This document shows, piece by piece, positions 25,033 to 38,423 of a stretch of DNA of 64,000 bases. The notes beneath the pieces were generated by a model. It saw nothing but the letters and a program-made list of their open reading frames with translations. It had not been told where the DNA came from and ran no database searches. This stretch comes from Raillietiella orientalis (lineage: Eukaryota). Position numbers and translations under genes: made by a program. Each line of letters begins with the position of its first letter. The first letter of the stretch is position 1. The DNA lies in assembly GCA_036172245.1 (NCBI GenBank), contig JAYWIR010000022.1, positions 2,728,001 through 2,792,000 on the forward strand. The letters run 5' to 3'.

Positions 25033-25716
25033 ATGAGTTTCATTGCAGAAGGGTAGATCTTATATTTCCACGGACACAGTTGCCCACTGAATCCAAACTA
25101 CTATTATTTTTGATAGGCTGAGCCAAGAGACTTCAGTATTTAAATACATTCAGGAATCGAAAGATGCAAGCAAGTAAACGTGGATCTGTGGGTGCTTATG
25201 CAGTCATGCTCGAATTCAACAGAACAATGCCAACATTGATAGAACACATCTCAAATACATTTCAATTTTGTACCGCCGATGCTATTCGTTACTTGAGACG
25301 CATTGTTTGAGTACGGTTTCGTGGCAATGTTTCAATGTCGGCCCAATGTACGGAGCGGACAAGTATCCGATAGTCGTGTCGGATACAGAAGAATGGGGAA
25401 CAAATGCTATTTCTTATCTTAAGGAGGAAAGTCCACAGAGACGTGTGCGGCCGGTTTTAAAATCATCTGTTTGGAGACGGGGTTCCTGTCGAAAATGCAC
25501 CGTGCTACAAAGACGTGGGACACAGTGAGATGTCACTCATCGCACTGCGGCCCGGCACTCATGTGGATGATGTAAAAGTAATTTTTCCAAAACTCCGAAA
25601 GGAAGTCTGAGGATGATTCCCCCCCCCCCCCCCAGCCGGTCCTCAGGAAGATGTGGCACTCAAGACCGCTGGCCACCTCGTGGAGCTCAGACCCCTCCTC
25701 CCCCTTGAAAAAAAGC

Positions 25717-25774
25717 AAAATGATCCGGTGGCCGAAAAAAAGAAAAATGATCCGGTGGCCGAAAAAAAGAAAAG
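25717..25774 (+). repeat. Direct tandem duplication, 27-bp unit x2
   Basis: AAAATGATCCGGTGGCCGAAAAAAAGA repeated twice, about 300 bp upstream of the TLDc gene start. Confidence 0.9.
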
Positions 25775-26067
25775 AAATGGCGATGCCGCCATCCGCGTGC
25801 ACTTTCCCCTCCTCCCCCTGCTCCTGGGCGAGAGAGATCGAGGATGCCGAAGATTATGTGAAGCTGCTGCTGCTGCTGCTGCCGCGAACGAGTTTCTTGG
25901 CGTTCCCCTGCAGCTCATGCCGTGTGGCTTGAGCCTCGTGAGATCAAAACAATCGTTGCGCAAGGTTATCCTTGCCTGCAATCCATGAGAAACCGCGCGG
26001 CTGCTGGGACCACTGCGAACCGCGCTCCAGCCCGTGAACGTTAGCTGAACCGCGGCACTCAACCAAC

Positions 26068-28316
26068 ATGGGAAGTTCCATCAGCGTGCATTTTGACCAC
26101 AAGCTGAAATCCAAAACCATGCTACGGTCGTCAGAGTTGCACAACATGAGCCCCGATGACTTCCACGACAAACAAGCCGATGCCACGCCGGGCAAGCTGC
26201 ATCTGAAATTCGACTGGAAACATGCTTGGAATGTCGATCACAGGAGCAACCTGCACAAGAAGCAAGTTCCGGAGTTTCTTTCCAAATTGCTAAAGGTAAC
26301 GTTTTGGGGTTCCCCGTTTTTCCTTCCTCCCCCCCCCCCCCTTTTTTTTCCCTCATCGTGATAACTTTGGTGTGTACTTTCAGATGCTCCTAGAAACTTC
26401 GAATGCAAACAAACCAATTATAAGCAGATCCCTATTTATTGTTAGTACCAAAATATCACTGATTATTATTAACATTAATGTTTCATGCACAGCGTACGTA
26501 TTTGACAGAAAAAAAATATTACTATGGTTAATCATACTTTTCATGTGAGAGTCATTTGTGAAATGTTGAACAGCAGATTCCAGATTTGTAAAACGTTTGC
26601 TTCCTTAGGCTATTTTCCCATTAGTTCCTGAGATTGGAGGTCTGCTTTTCGACTTCATGTGTTTGCAGGAGAGTGCGAAATGCTGTAAATATCAGGAACC
26701 TAAGAAATGCATCGATGAAGTCGTATTTCTTGAGTGTTGTGGAAAAATTATTGAAGCAAACACTCAGCAACAAGTTATTAATTTGTACATGCAGGTAAAT
26801 TTTGATTTAAGTGGAAAATTAATTAATCCAGCAAAATCAATCCCTGTGGTCATCATGGGCAGTAATAATAATACACATTCAAAAGTTACCATTGTTCATC
26901 ACTAATAGATATCACCAATAGGTGTTTGCAGGTACATTGGGCAATTTTGAGGAGGTAAAATTTCATCATATGATGCTTCTGTGTTATAAGGCTTTTTCAT
27001 CTACACTTTGGGGGGATGCATCAATCCCAGAAAGTGATTTAGACAGAACCTTTTCACCATTAGTTCGGTTTGTGGTAAGGAAAAAGTTTTCGTTTATTTT
27101 GAAATTCCTGCTTTGCAAAATGCATTTAGTTTCATGGTAAAGAAGAATGTTCCAGAAACTTCATTTTCTCTTGGATTCATAAACATTGCCCCAACATATT
27201 TTTTTGGCTCCATGAATATGTTGTGCACATGTTCATGACTGGCTATCAAATTCTGGAAAGCCAGTACAGCAATTCATGCCAGAAGCTGAGCCCAGGGAAA
27301 TTGCTCAAGGAATCTGTGGTAACTAGTTTGGGAAGATGATTTCTTCAGCTTATTGCACAAGTAGATTCTAGATACCTCTGTTTGTGCAAACAATATCAAA
27401 GATCTCATATCACCTGTCATATTGTTTTTCTTGTGTGCTTCTTTGCCACCTGTTTTTGTAAACGGGTCGCATAACAAAGAGAATCAAATCATAAGCAAGA
27501 AAACTCTCCTGGAAAGATTGGTATTGCCTTCATCAACTTTTGTTAACATTTCTCCTTTCTCTTCTATAGTAAGTAAATTATTCAGAACTAAAAATAAAAT
27601 CAGATGTAGAGTTTAGGAAATGGTCCCACACATTGGCTGTTATTATACTGGAGCCAGATTCATGGGCATGGATACAATAGGTATATGGATAAATTCTAAA
27701 AATAAGATAAATGTTTTTTTTTTAGATTTCAAGCACATGTGTTTGGATACCACGGCCCTACAATCTGTGTGCTGACTGCTTATGATGGTGAAATATTTGT
27801 TGTTGCTACTGATACTGAATGGCATGAATCTAGCAAATTTTGGGGTGGCAAGAATTGTTGTTTGCTTCAGTTATATCCCTCTCTTACGCTTGTTGAAAGT
27901 CAGTGTATATGATGTGAGCTGAAAATTTTTCAAGTTATCTTTAGATGGTCCGCAAACGATCTATTACAATCAAAACCTTCGTGGCTACCCACCTGGGGTG
28001 CTTTTTGGTCAGGACCCACGTAATCCGAGTTTCAAAATTCATCCATCTTTTATGCACATGGAATGTAAGGGAGTTCCCTATAGACTTGATTCCATACAAG
28101 TTTTTGGCTGTGGTACATTTTTGGACAAGTAAGCTTGACTGATTGTAATGCAATAACTTTCCCTGTAGAGAACATCAGGAACAGCGCAAGAAATGGGAGC
28201 ACTCACAAATTGAGAGGCAGCAAGTGATTAAATTGCAGCCTTGCAGTTGGCAAGATAATCCTGACCGCTTCTTATTGGAGCTTAATAATAGTCTTCCAAA
28301 TTATGCATATCATTAA
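26068..28316 (+). CDS. TLDc-domain protein of about 530 aa (MEAK7/Rtc5-like architecture); exons 26068-26295, 26384-26440, 26609-26794, 26922-27074, 27130-27318, 27365-27568, 27610-27680, 27726-27898, 27945-28128, 28169-28316
   Basis: All junctions are GT-AG and phase-compatible. The spliced product has TLDc motifs HWLLLYWSQIHGHGYNRFQAHVFGYHGPT, TEWHESSKFWGG, YYNQNLRGYP, SIQVFGCG and the tail WQDNPDRFLLEL. N-terminus MGSSIS fits the myristoylation consensus MGxxxS. Confidence 0.9.
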
Positions 28317-30437
28317 TTTAGCCTCAGATCCATTGTATATGCAAGATTTGAATACATTCCATGTTTACAACAATGCATCCTTAGAAATCTAGGGTTGACT
28401 GTTTTAAAATATGAAGTGATTGATCTTCGCCATTTAGTAGGCTTCCAATGTTTAAAAATGTTGCACACTAAGGTCAGATGTCAGCATGTTTCGTACACAA
28501 AATAAGATTATTTCGTTTATTGTACCTACCAACCCTCAGAATTTATTAGTTGATTGCACCCAGCGTCAATCAACAAATCTCATAATTTCGAGAACTCTCA
28601 CGATAATTAAAGTAGGTTTTCAAAGAAAGCATAATTCTTGTCAAGCACATGGACCCCATGATCAGCTTGTCGTTTGCCCAAATGGCAAACTAATGCAATT
28701 AAGTGCCTTTGGTAGCAAGTATGGAATTTTAGGATGAATCATATTAATTAAAGGCAGTATATTTGCGCTTTTAGGGTGTAGGGGTCCCAGGTCGCCCAGA
28801 GACTGCAAAGGAAACTAGGTGGACCCTATGGAAAGTTTGTATTTTTTTTCCATCCTCTCCTTACGTGTGCCCACAAATGAGGTTATCTGCAAAACTGCGT
28901 GTGCTGGAATGTGTTGTAACCAAAGCTTTGATGTCACAGAAGCTTACAGTAGCGAGGCAACGTAGTGTGGATCCTCCGAATCATTCCGTTGCTATTGCTA
29001 TGGAGCTTGAGAAAGACATTTGCGATAATAGTCGGTTTCGTTTCTTAATCGCGAGCCTTTGTTTCCCACTTTTGGTTGTACATAGCCTTCGTGAATGATC
29101 CATAAAACACTGCGGGGATCAATTGCACTTTATTACTATCCTTCGGACTATAGGAATCGTCCTTTGCAAGAGTAAGCAATAGCTTGGAAGCGCATACTAA
29201 AAGTTGCTTCCACAATGAAGATAAAATAAAAGACTAAAAAAAGATGCTACTTGTACTATAAGCAGCGACCTTTATTTCAGTTATTTCTGTGTTATATCAG
29301 GAATACCTTTTGAAAACAGCCAAATCAAATGAAAGTGATTTGCTTAAGTAGAAAATTACCAGTACTAATTGACTGGAGGTGAAGCTATTCATACAACACA
29401 CGACTTGTGGATTCTGGTAAATGTATTCGGCATGAATCGAAACTACCGAAGAATCATAAGTTCTTTCTGCAAAAAACCATGAATTCAAAGATCATTAGCA
29501 ATTCAGAGCAGCAACTTAGTATTACGAATAGACCGTGAGCTAATGGCAGCGTGAACGAACACCTTGTTTAAATTTTTAGCCCATAATGAACCAACTGAAC
29601 ACTTTTTAATGAAAAACATGGAAACCCTGATTTACTACCCATGAAAGCCACAAAGGAGAACTACTCCTGGCAAAGGAAAAACACGAGTAGACTCATCAAG
29701 TGCTCCAAGCAAACAAGAACACATTTTATGATGTCTTCGGAGCAGCTCCTACTTCATGACTTACCATGACGAGCAGCCAGTGAATGCATAAAAATTCTTT
29801 AATTTTATGTATCTGTACTAAACTTTCTTGAAATCCTCAAGTGTGCTTTCCTCTAGAAAGAAGCCACCTTCACAAGTGAGCCTACCATAAGTTGGATGGA
29901 TAGAACTGGTTGCAAAGGTACGTACAATTCTGAGGAGATCCCCTTTTTGGTACAAGGATGTGGGAGAAGGCAAAACGGTTGGTCCACAAAGGATGCTGCT
30001 GACGGAAGAGATGAACGCTGGCATAAGTGGACTCTTGTGAATGCATTCTATGTGAATGCACCTCTCTCTCGAGAGAGCCGAAAGCTGTTTTTTTCCGTCG
30101 GAAAAGTAAAATCCAGACCTGGCTGATTCTGTATCATTTCCCTAATGAGTGTTTCCAACCAACATGGAAGTGTTCTTGTAATGCACATGCAAAAATTCAG
30201 TACATTCCGGGGGGAGGGGGGGGGGAGAACAAAAACAAATGTTCGACTTTGAAATTTCTCACAGCATTTCGTCAGATAGACAAGGAAAACCTCCTGATGT
30301 ATTGTAAACTTTTGATCACTATGAAACATTAGTCATAAAACACGTAATGACGTGGTATCGCTGTGAAACGTTTATTCGCATTCTTTTTTCTTTGTTTACA
30401 ATGAAAAGCATCTGCTCGTATTGAATGAGTTCACTCT

Positions 30438-33400
30438 TCATTTTTTCCTTTCTTGCAAACGGGGGAACAAATGCATGTTTTTTAAGGCTTGGTCAACCGC
30501 TGCGATGTCGTTTTGTAGTTCATTGTATGTCCGAAGATCGAAATTTTCCTGCGCAGCATTTCGATGAAAACTTTTGGCGAACCAGTAATTATTGATGTCG
30601 TGTGGACTGTAATTCTAGAAACAAAAATTTAGGCAATTGCAATTCCAGGAAGCCGAAAACCGAGTTAGAGTGCCGCTTAATTTTTTTTTTTTCTCTCTCC
30701 AGAAAAATGAGTAGCCCTCTTTGAGGTCAAACAGCGTCATCAATAACTCGATATTTCCAGCCATAGGAAAGCGATTACGAGATTGATCGTTCTATGTAGC
30801 TAAACGTATTTTACCGTTCTCCTAAGAACAAAATAAGCGTATGCGGTCATGCTTGCTCCATAAGTTACAAAATAGGTAATAGGTTCCACGATATCCCATG
30901 AATATTCCCACCAAGTGAGCCGGACGAAAACTCCCAACTGCATGGCCATGATTCCTAACGTAATCCAGTTCATGGAGTTCGCATAACGACTGGCCTTCTT
31001 TTCCAGAATTCGCTTCTGCTGAATTTCATTGTATTTTTTCCTTATCGTTTCATTGCGAGACTTACCAGTTCGAGAGGTTTTATTTCATTTTTCAGTTTTT
31101 CCAATTTTTTGGTCAGTTCGTCCCTTTCGGCTGAGATTGATTCGTATAAGCTGACGATCTTATGGACCTGTGCAACCAGCTCCTTTAATTCTAAGGGTTG
31201 CCTTTCAACTTCCTGTGGAAAGAAAAGTCAATGCGTTCGTGTTTTCGACTCAAGGATCATAGAAGTGTTTTTTTTTATTCTTCAGTGAGCAGCGAGAAAC
31301 ATGAACGGCGCTCTGTGGTTTTGTTCGAAACATCTGCAACTCTTATGAATGAATCATTGAACAAATACTGACTGGGCTTGCTATCACCAAGTGAACGGTC
31401 ACTGCACATTCGAGGTGTTTCGAGATGGGCAGCACGCGCCAGAAAGCTTCTTCTTCTTTTCTTTCTCGGATAAAGGACAATAAAAGGCAAATGACAATTA
31501 CTTGTGAAATAAATAAGGGACAAGGACAAGCGAGATCCACCCAAGGACAAACAACTGATTTTCGCCGATCCGAGTAAAAGCCGTGGAAATGCAGGAAAAG
31601 GGGGGGGGGGGACCGTGGATGGCTGGCAAATATTCAATCAGGAAGACGCCTCAAACAAACACGGGCAATTCCTCAGTCTGTCAAAGCAGCAAGAATTCGA
31701 AGCACGCGCGTGCAGTAAACAAGAAGCGTTGTTACCAGAGCTCAGCTCCCAGCCGGACATTTCGCAATCGGTTTGGCACTTGGCGCACTCCCATGTGCTG
31801 GGAAATGACGTTTCACGCACGCGGAGATGAACTGGATGGATCGAGGCAGAGGTCAGAGTTGAAACAGGAATGATCCAGAAGGGAATGAAGAAACAGCGGA
31901 CGTCCGTCGTTGTCAGAACTTCATTAGAAGCACCACGGAAGCTCCAAGCACAACCGTGCTGTTTTCTCGTCTTTCGAAGACATCCGACTATTGTTCTTGT
32001 GCGCAAAACGGACTTTTAACGCACGGAACCACCTCGTGCCTCCTCTCGAAGAACAAAGCAAGAGGTTTTTTTTTTTTTTTCCTTCTTCTGTGGGTGCGCG
32101 TGCGTGCGTGCGCGTGTGGTTCTTCCTGATTGCCAAGCAAACCACGAAAACAAAATACTGCAGAATTCAGTCTGAAGATAATGACTTCCAGTACACTTTT
32201 GCCGATTCGCTGATCGAACTCTTTTGCTACAAGGCCCTTTTTTTTTTTTAATTTTTTTTTTATAAACACCTTGTTTCCAATCGGGGGACTCCACAGGGGC
32301 AATACCGAAAGTATTAACAGGAAACGATACTCAAGAAAGGTTGCATAAGCTTGCTTCTTTTCTATAAGCACGATTCTCGTCGAACTCCTGGATTTCAACC
32401 GGCCGAATATCTCCTTGGGAAGACCGTGGTTCAAGTTCCTCGATTTGCATCAAGTTATTATATTAGAAGATTCCAATGCAATCCTGCCCGTGAAACTTAT
32501 TTAGATCACTCAAGAAGAGTTGCGTAATCTTACAAAGAGATCGCTAGATAAATAGTCATTTATCATCCATCAGTGATTCACACGAAAATCATCAGTATTC
32601 CCGTTGCGAAACGCATCAAAGGACTGGCAGGGAGATCTTGACATTTCACGTCGAGTGGTCAGGCAAAACGATTTTCGTGATCATTTTATAGAACACGGTG
32701 TGTTGCGTCCTGCCTCCAAAGCTTCCCATCTACGTACTCGCGCATAAAGCAAAAAGAAGCGAAGCTCCGTGCACTCTCAGATGCCCGCAACTCTGGAATC
32801 TAAGAACACTGAGCATCCGATAGAGTCACCTTTTCTGGAATTCTAGAAACGCTGCCTTTGTAGAATGTTGCTGATTGCATCCAGATGGGTTGTCGAAATG
32901 AAAAAAAACATTCATTTTGGATAGTGAAATAGAAGAAACCAAATTGCGGAACATTAGCATGCATTTTTATAATCAAATGAGCAAATTTAGTAACATTTAG
33001 TGACAGTGCATGGTAAATGATGATGATACGATATAAAATTTGATCCAAACTTCTTCACGATTGCTTTTTCCCGTGTTCTTCTCGGGTGAAGGACATCACG
33101 AACAGGAAGGGGGACACTTTCTGGCCACTCAGTAGCTGCTAAATTGGAAGAGTGATCAATAACTTTGTCAACATCCAACTCTCATCTAAATCTTCTCTCC
33201 TGCATGCTGCATAGGAGCGTTCCTAATGGTGTTTCCAGATCATGAACATGATTTCATTCGTTTTCTCCACTTCTCTCATTCCATAACCCCAGAGCCACCT
33301 GCTACATTTTCTCTCTTGCTATGGAATGGAAAGGTTTTCCCCGGATGTGGTTAACAAACGAATGCCATGTCTTTCCTTGAAGTGGCTCAGCTGCCACCCA

Positions 33401-36400
33401 TCATCTGCCGAAAATTCCCCATTGCATCCCACCCGAACATGAATTTCCTTGGCCTTCCATCTTCAGATTTCTTCTGCGATGGTGTTTTTTTTTTTCTTTT
33501 CCGAGTGTCGCTGTTGCAGAAGCCGAGGCGAGTGCAAAGCTGGCCCTATTTTAGGAAACTTCCAGATCGAGCCATCCTGTTTGTAGGTGTTTTGGAACAC
33601 CTCAGCGTGGGGCGACGCAGCCTCCCATTTGGTTCTCTTCATTTTTTTTCACGATTTTCGAAGTGGTTGATGGATCCACGATGCATTTCGAACACTTTTA
33701 CCTCCGTTCCCTTTTCGATTCCACGTTAAAATACCCAACCTTTCATTCGAATAGTTAGTTAATGAATCTCTCTTATTTCCCCCCATCTTTAACGCGGCTG
33801 AAAAAAAGCTTCCCTTATCGAATGGCAGAAAACTTAAAATTGTCAAGGGTTGCTTATGTCAAAAGTTTCTCCTACCAAAGGTGACTGTATCGAGCGTGCA
33901 CTGTACTTTGAAGCACAATAGGAATCCTTTGGTCAGTGGGAAAATGAAATAACAGCAACAGCAAAATGAGAAATCAGATGCACACAGTCTCATTTGCAAT
34001 GCTACGTAAAAACCACGACGATGATGACTGATGCTGTGAGATCTGTCAGACTAAGAAACCATTAAAAAACAGCACATAGGAAATCTTAACGATTACTTAG
34101 AAGAACAGGAAGGCCCAATCAAATCCGCAGAGATTACAAAAAAATATATATATTGCATAGTAATGCTTTTTCTAAAGAATGCGGAAGTTCTGGGGGTCGA
34201 AACCTTTGCACAAATGTTCAACTGACATCAATAAAAATGAAGGAACTCGCAAAGGAAACGAAAATTCCAAAGGTACTTCCTGAAAAGCTGTACAAAGATC
34301 ACGAAGGAATGGTTTCTAGGACCTATGAAATCGCAAGGAAATCGATTGCGAATCCGGGCCTATTAAAAAGTTGCTACAGCCAACTTCAATCACACACACG
34401 AAAAAAAAAAGATGAAAAGCTATGGGAACATAAATCTCCCACCACCAGCTTGACTATCAGTGGCTCGTGGGGGGGGGGGGGGGGGGGGATGAAAATTTGT
34501 CCGTGCGTAATTGATTTCCACGCTGCCATGCAAATACGCCGTGCAGCCAACTCAGAAAGGCAAAGCAATGGAATGGGAATGCTGCATTAGTAATCCTGGA
34601 AGGTAATGGTCTCAAACCGAAGGGAAGTCGAGGAGTCCCAGTCAAACAGTTCTCTTTGATTTTTGCAGCATGTGTGTGATTTGACCATATAGGAACAGAC
34701 CGGAAAAGGCGACATCACAATACCATTTACATAATGCATTGCACTTTACACAAAGCATGCTCAGTGTCTTCGATTTTCACAATAAACTACATGACAAAAC
34801 AGAAAGAATTAATAAAAAATCATTTTCCACCTCGATAAGGGAGTTTCTTCTTCTAGCAGAAAATTCGTACCTTATATCGTCAATGATCAGTGAGAAATTC
34901 TGTTGGACCAGATTCACCAACAGAGTGGTGGATGATATTCTCACATTACCTGAAACAAACAGCTGACCAGTCAAGAAATTGTTTAGGCTGGACTCACAGT
35001 CAATAAGAACGGAGGTTACATTGCACAGGCAGGCATTACTAAGGGTTATCAGGGATTGCCATTTTTCTGAAGGAAAATTTCATTCATCCAGTTAAAAAAA
35101 AAACAATTCCAATCGGAACTGTAAGTCCATGATCTGCCGATTTGATCAACCAACGATTCCACGGAAACGTTTTCCCTCTGATGGAAGCTGGACGTACCTG
35201 TGCAACATCTCCATCACGATCTCTGCGTGATGGAAGCTCATGTCTTTCATGCAGATCGGTGCCCATCGGAGCAGTCCCCGGGACACCACAAAGAATAAGT
35301 GCACTCGGCGTTTATCGTGTGTACTGAAGTGTATACTTGTGTACAATGAACGTGTGTCAACTGAATGGACATACACGTAGAATTATAAGAGAAAGAAAAA
35401 AAATTAAAAAAAATGATGGTGACACTTGAAAACAGCGGGAAAGAATTAAATCAAAGCAAAGACAGATACAAGAGAACTTTGCATTTCATTTTCCTATCAT
35501 TTCCAGCACTCAATAAATGGCACTTTCTCAGTAAAAGATGAATTCCGTTCTCGTGATGCTGATCGCCCGGGACTTTGTTCGCTTGACAAATATATGTGTC
35601 TATAATTCTGTATTTTACAATCATGAAATATACCTACATATTCATATGCATAACACACACACATATTTATAATATTCAGTATATACTGACACATATTAAT
35701 TGCATTAATAATATGCATGTTAATAAATACTCATGACTATGTCTGTTAAAATACATCCGTACATTCATCTTTATACAATATGTATATTAACATAAATACA
35801 TAATAAGCATATATGTTTATTTTTCGTAATCTTAATAATATATATTAATCTATATACTGATCCATATATAAATGCGTATATTAATACGCACAATAAGCAC
35901 ATATATTTATTTTTTTTGAATGACCTTTCGAGATTTCGGCCTTCGTGGCTATGAAGTAAATCCCACGCAAGTGACATAGTCTCATGTAATTAAATAATGT
36001 AAATTAAATACTTTACGAATTGTCGCAGAAGGACAGGTATGTGTGCCAGTGTCAGAACTTGGGATCTTGGCACATCCTTAAGGCACGAAAGAGCCGCCCT
36101 TTCACGGTCCCTCTACTGGGAAGGTCACCACAGCGACCACCGGTCGCATGAGAACTTCACAGAAGAGGGATAGAAAAACAAAAAAATGAAGGTACGTTAG
36201 CATGCATCAAGGGATGCTTATACATTATCTGGGGAGTGTGCATTCGTCCTCGTCTACCACACGGATACGGGAGTACAGTCCAATAATATCACTAACGTAG
36301 AAATGTGTAGTATAATAACCACAGAAGGTAATTATCTGCTCCGTGTGAAAAATCACTGCTTGTTCTCTTTGGATCGTTTCAGTGCTTGCGAAATTCGCGA

Positions 36401-37143
36401 AACGAAGACACGGTGTTGAGCACTGATGAATCCCTTTCAGTTTTAGCATATTGAGGAATATCTATCAAGTGCTCTGTAGGAGCATTTGGGAATAATCCGG
36501 TAAACATGAGATGCACGACATAATGACATGTGCGTATCCAGACAACGAATGATCGCCAGGAAAAAATACCTCTCTAAGGCCCAGCATGATTCCTAAAAAG
36601 ACGGTGAAACACGGTAAAATTATCGGCTCGACCACCAAACATCGTGCTACCACCAATCCAGTGAACGATTGCAAAATAGATGCCGTGGTTATGACAACGG
36701 TATAAGATACTATATAACCAAATGAATTCGTTAAAGACATGCAGTTTCCTGCAAGTCTTTTCCATGTTCTGTTATTCAATAACGTGTCTTCAAAAAAAAT
36801 TTGGTTCCTACAAAGAGACAAGGAACGACGCTGATTGCGAAACAGCATCCGAGGAAATAATGAATGAATTTTCTGATGCAATTACCCTCGTTAGACGGGC
36901 TGAAGTACTTGTAAAGAGTTCAAAAATATAACCCATATGAGAATGGAGGAGTGTGGAAGGTTAGTCTACCTTTCGAGCATAAGGACAACTTGGATATGCT
37001 TGGCTCTTCGAGTCTCAGAAGCTTCACAAAGTCACCCACTGTCTGCTCGGTTGACTGAAGGATGAACTGGCACGATTCACCACGACTCGGAAGTGGTATG
37101 GTGAAGAAGACGAAATTGTTTTCTAAAAGCAAGGTGGCTTTCT
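30438..37143 (-). CDS. MCU: Mitochondrial calcium uniporter homologue (divergent); exons 37143-36970, 34949-34831, 31212-31066, 31018-30815, 30614-30438; 5' exon(s) unresolved
   Basis: Phase-compatible GT-AG exons give the N-terminal domain (TIPLPSRGESCQFIL...VGDFVKLL), coiled coil (ERDELTKKLEKLKNEIKPLE), TM1-pore-TM2 (VRLTWWEYSWDIVEPITYFVTYGASMTAYAYFVL) and C-terminal FDLRTYNELQNDIA, with TGA at 30440-30438. Confidence 0.95.
32767..33903 (-). mobile_element. Internally deleted Tigger/pogo (Jerky/CENP-B-like) DNA transposon relic inside an MCU intron
   Basis: Minus strand about 33480-33338 reads KAKEIHVRVGCNGEFSADDGWQLSHFKERHGIRLLTTSGENLS, the CENP-B-type HTH signature (FxASxGWLxxFKxRHGI). 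The putative 5' end reads TA|CAGTGCACGCTCGAT at 33903, with a degenerate match CCGTGCACTCTCAGAT at 32767. Confidence 0.8.
35590..35920. repeat. AT-rich low-complexity tract (decayed TA/CA microsatellite) in an MCU intron
   Basis: Visible runs of ATAT/ATAC/ACAC with internally duplicated AATAAGCA(T/C)ATAT motifs. Confidence 0.75.
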
Positions 37144-38423
37144 CTGGAAAGACAGGCATCGTCGCTTATAATAATGCGAATGGATTTGTCCCTGAAGAGA
37201 AAAGATCATACTACTCAATGCAAAGACAGCTTTCTTGTACAAGGTAAACACAATGTTTCTTGGCTCGCCCCCGTCACAGACTGGTCTCCTACAGCACGAA
37301 ACGTTTGTTTACAGGCACATTCGAGCACTGCTCTGAGGCTGAACGTTTTGTGTATGGTAGTCATCATTGACACTACACTAATTAATCGGATAGGAACACC
37401 AACAGGAATCGATTCACACAGATAGGGAAATGAGGAACTTCAGTGACATTTCATTGCACAAACTCATCACCGCATGTGAATAGCTTATACAAAACTATAT
37501 CCGTATTAAAAAACACGGGAGCAATTTGTTGATGTACATAAAGCTAAGATGAGTTGCGCAGCTGCGATGTTATAGAAGGGTTGTTTTCACCGCAGAACAC
37601 ACAACCCCAGCTAACTGAATAGGTTTACTTTCCGAGGTTCAAACGGGACGCATTTGCAAGCTGAAATCTCATCCTGGGGAGAGCAAACAAGTTGCATTTA
37701 CTTTTTCTTTTTTTCTCGTTTTTCATTGTGATCTCGACTTGAGAGCACCATGTAACAAGTGCTGGATTCTTCTTGGGAAAGGAATCCGTACGCACGGGAT
37801 TACAGGAACAAACCGGAGTGCTCCAGCACGAGCGAAGAAGAAGCGAGATCAGTAGCGAAAGTGTAGCTGCCTCTTTAGAAGCGACTCTATGATTTGGGTT
37901 CCCGGAGTTCCGCTTGAAGCACGAAGAGGCAACGGTAAAAAAGTCCTCATGGGACGGAGCGCTCCGTGTGCCACGTCGGACCGCATGTCCAAAAACCAGT
38001 GCGCATAACGAAGCGCACGGACCGGATCGTTGTACACGAGGAACATTCACAGGTTTCCACGGGGACTCGTGGAAACCTGTGAATAGAATGGACCAGGGGT
38101 CACCATCAAATGCTGTTGACGAGGAGGAAGCAAACGCACCGAGTAAAGAGATTCCATGTTTCGTTGGACAGCATCGATGATTTACCGTGCGCATCCTATT
38201 CCACGAATCCGACCCGAATCTGAAAGCATCCGTGTCAAACTTGGCTTCAAGGTGCAGCAGGTCCTCTGACTGCGTAAGCAGAGAAAGAGGAATCCACGAG
38301 AAAAGCAATCCGCATCAAAGAGAAGCATCGGTGCTTAAGCAGCAAACACCATTCACCAGGGAACGATGAGTCGGACTCTTGATCGCTTTTGCCGGGTTCT
38401 TGTAGAAAGCAGGAAGACAGGGA

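Noticed and set aside
28990..30050. Possible small mitochondrial-targeted gene on the minus strand (LLRIVRTFATSS..., SVLWIIHEG, vaguely COX5B-like)
   Set aside because: Two candidate exons join in phase, but the next junction creates a stop and the Cys pattern is incomplete; no consistent model could be built.
34153..34590. Possible hAT-like transposase fragment in an MCU intron
   Set aside because: Only a vague resemblance, with no diagnostic motif.
37625..38308. 227-aa minus-strand ORF as the MCU N-terminus
   Set aside because: No MCU similarity and no supported splice path to the acceptor at 37143.
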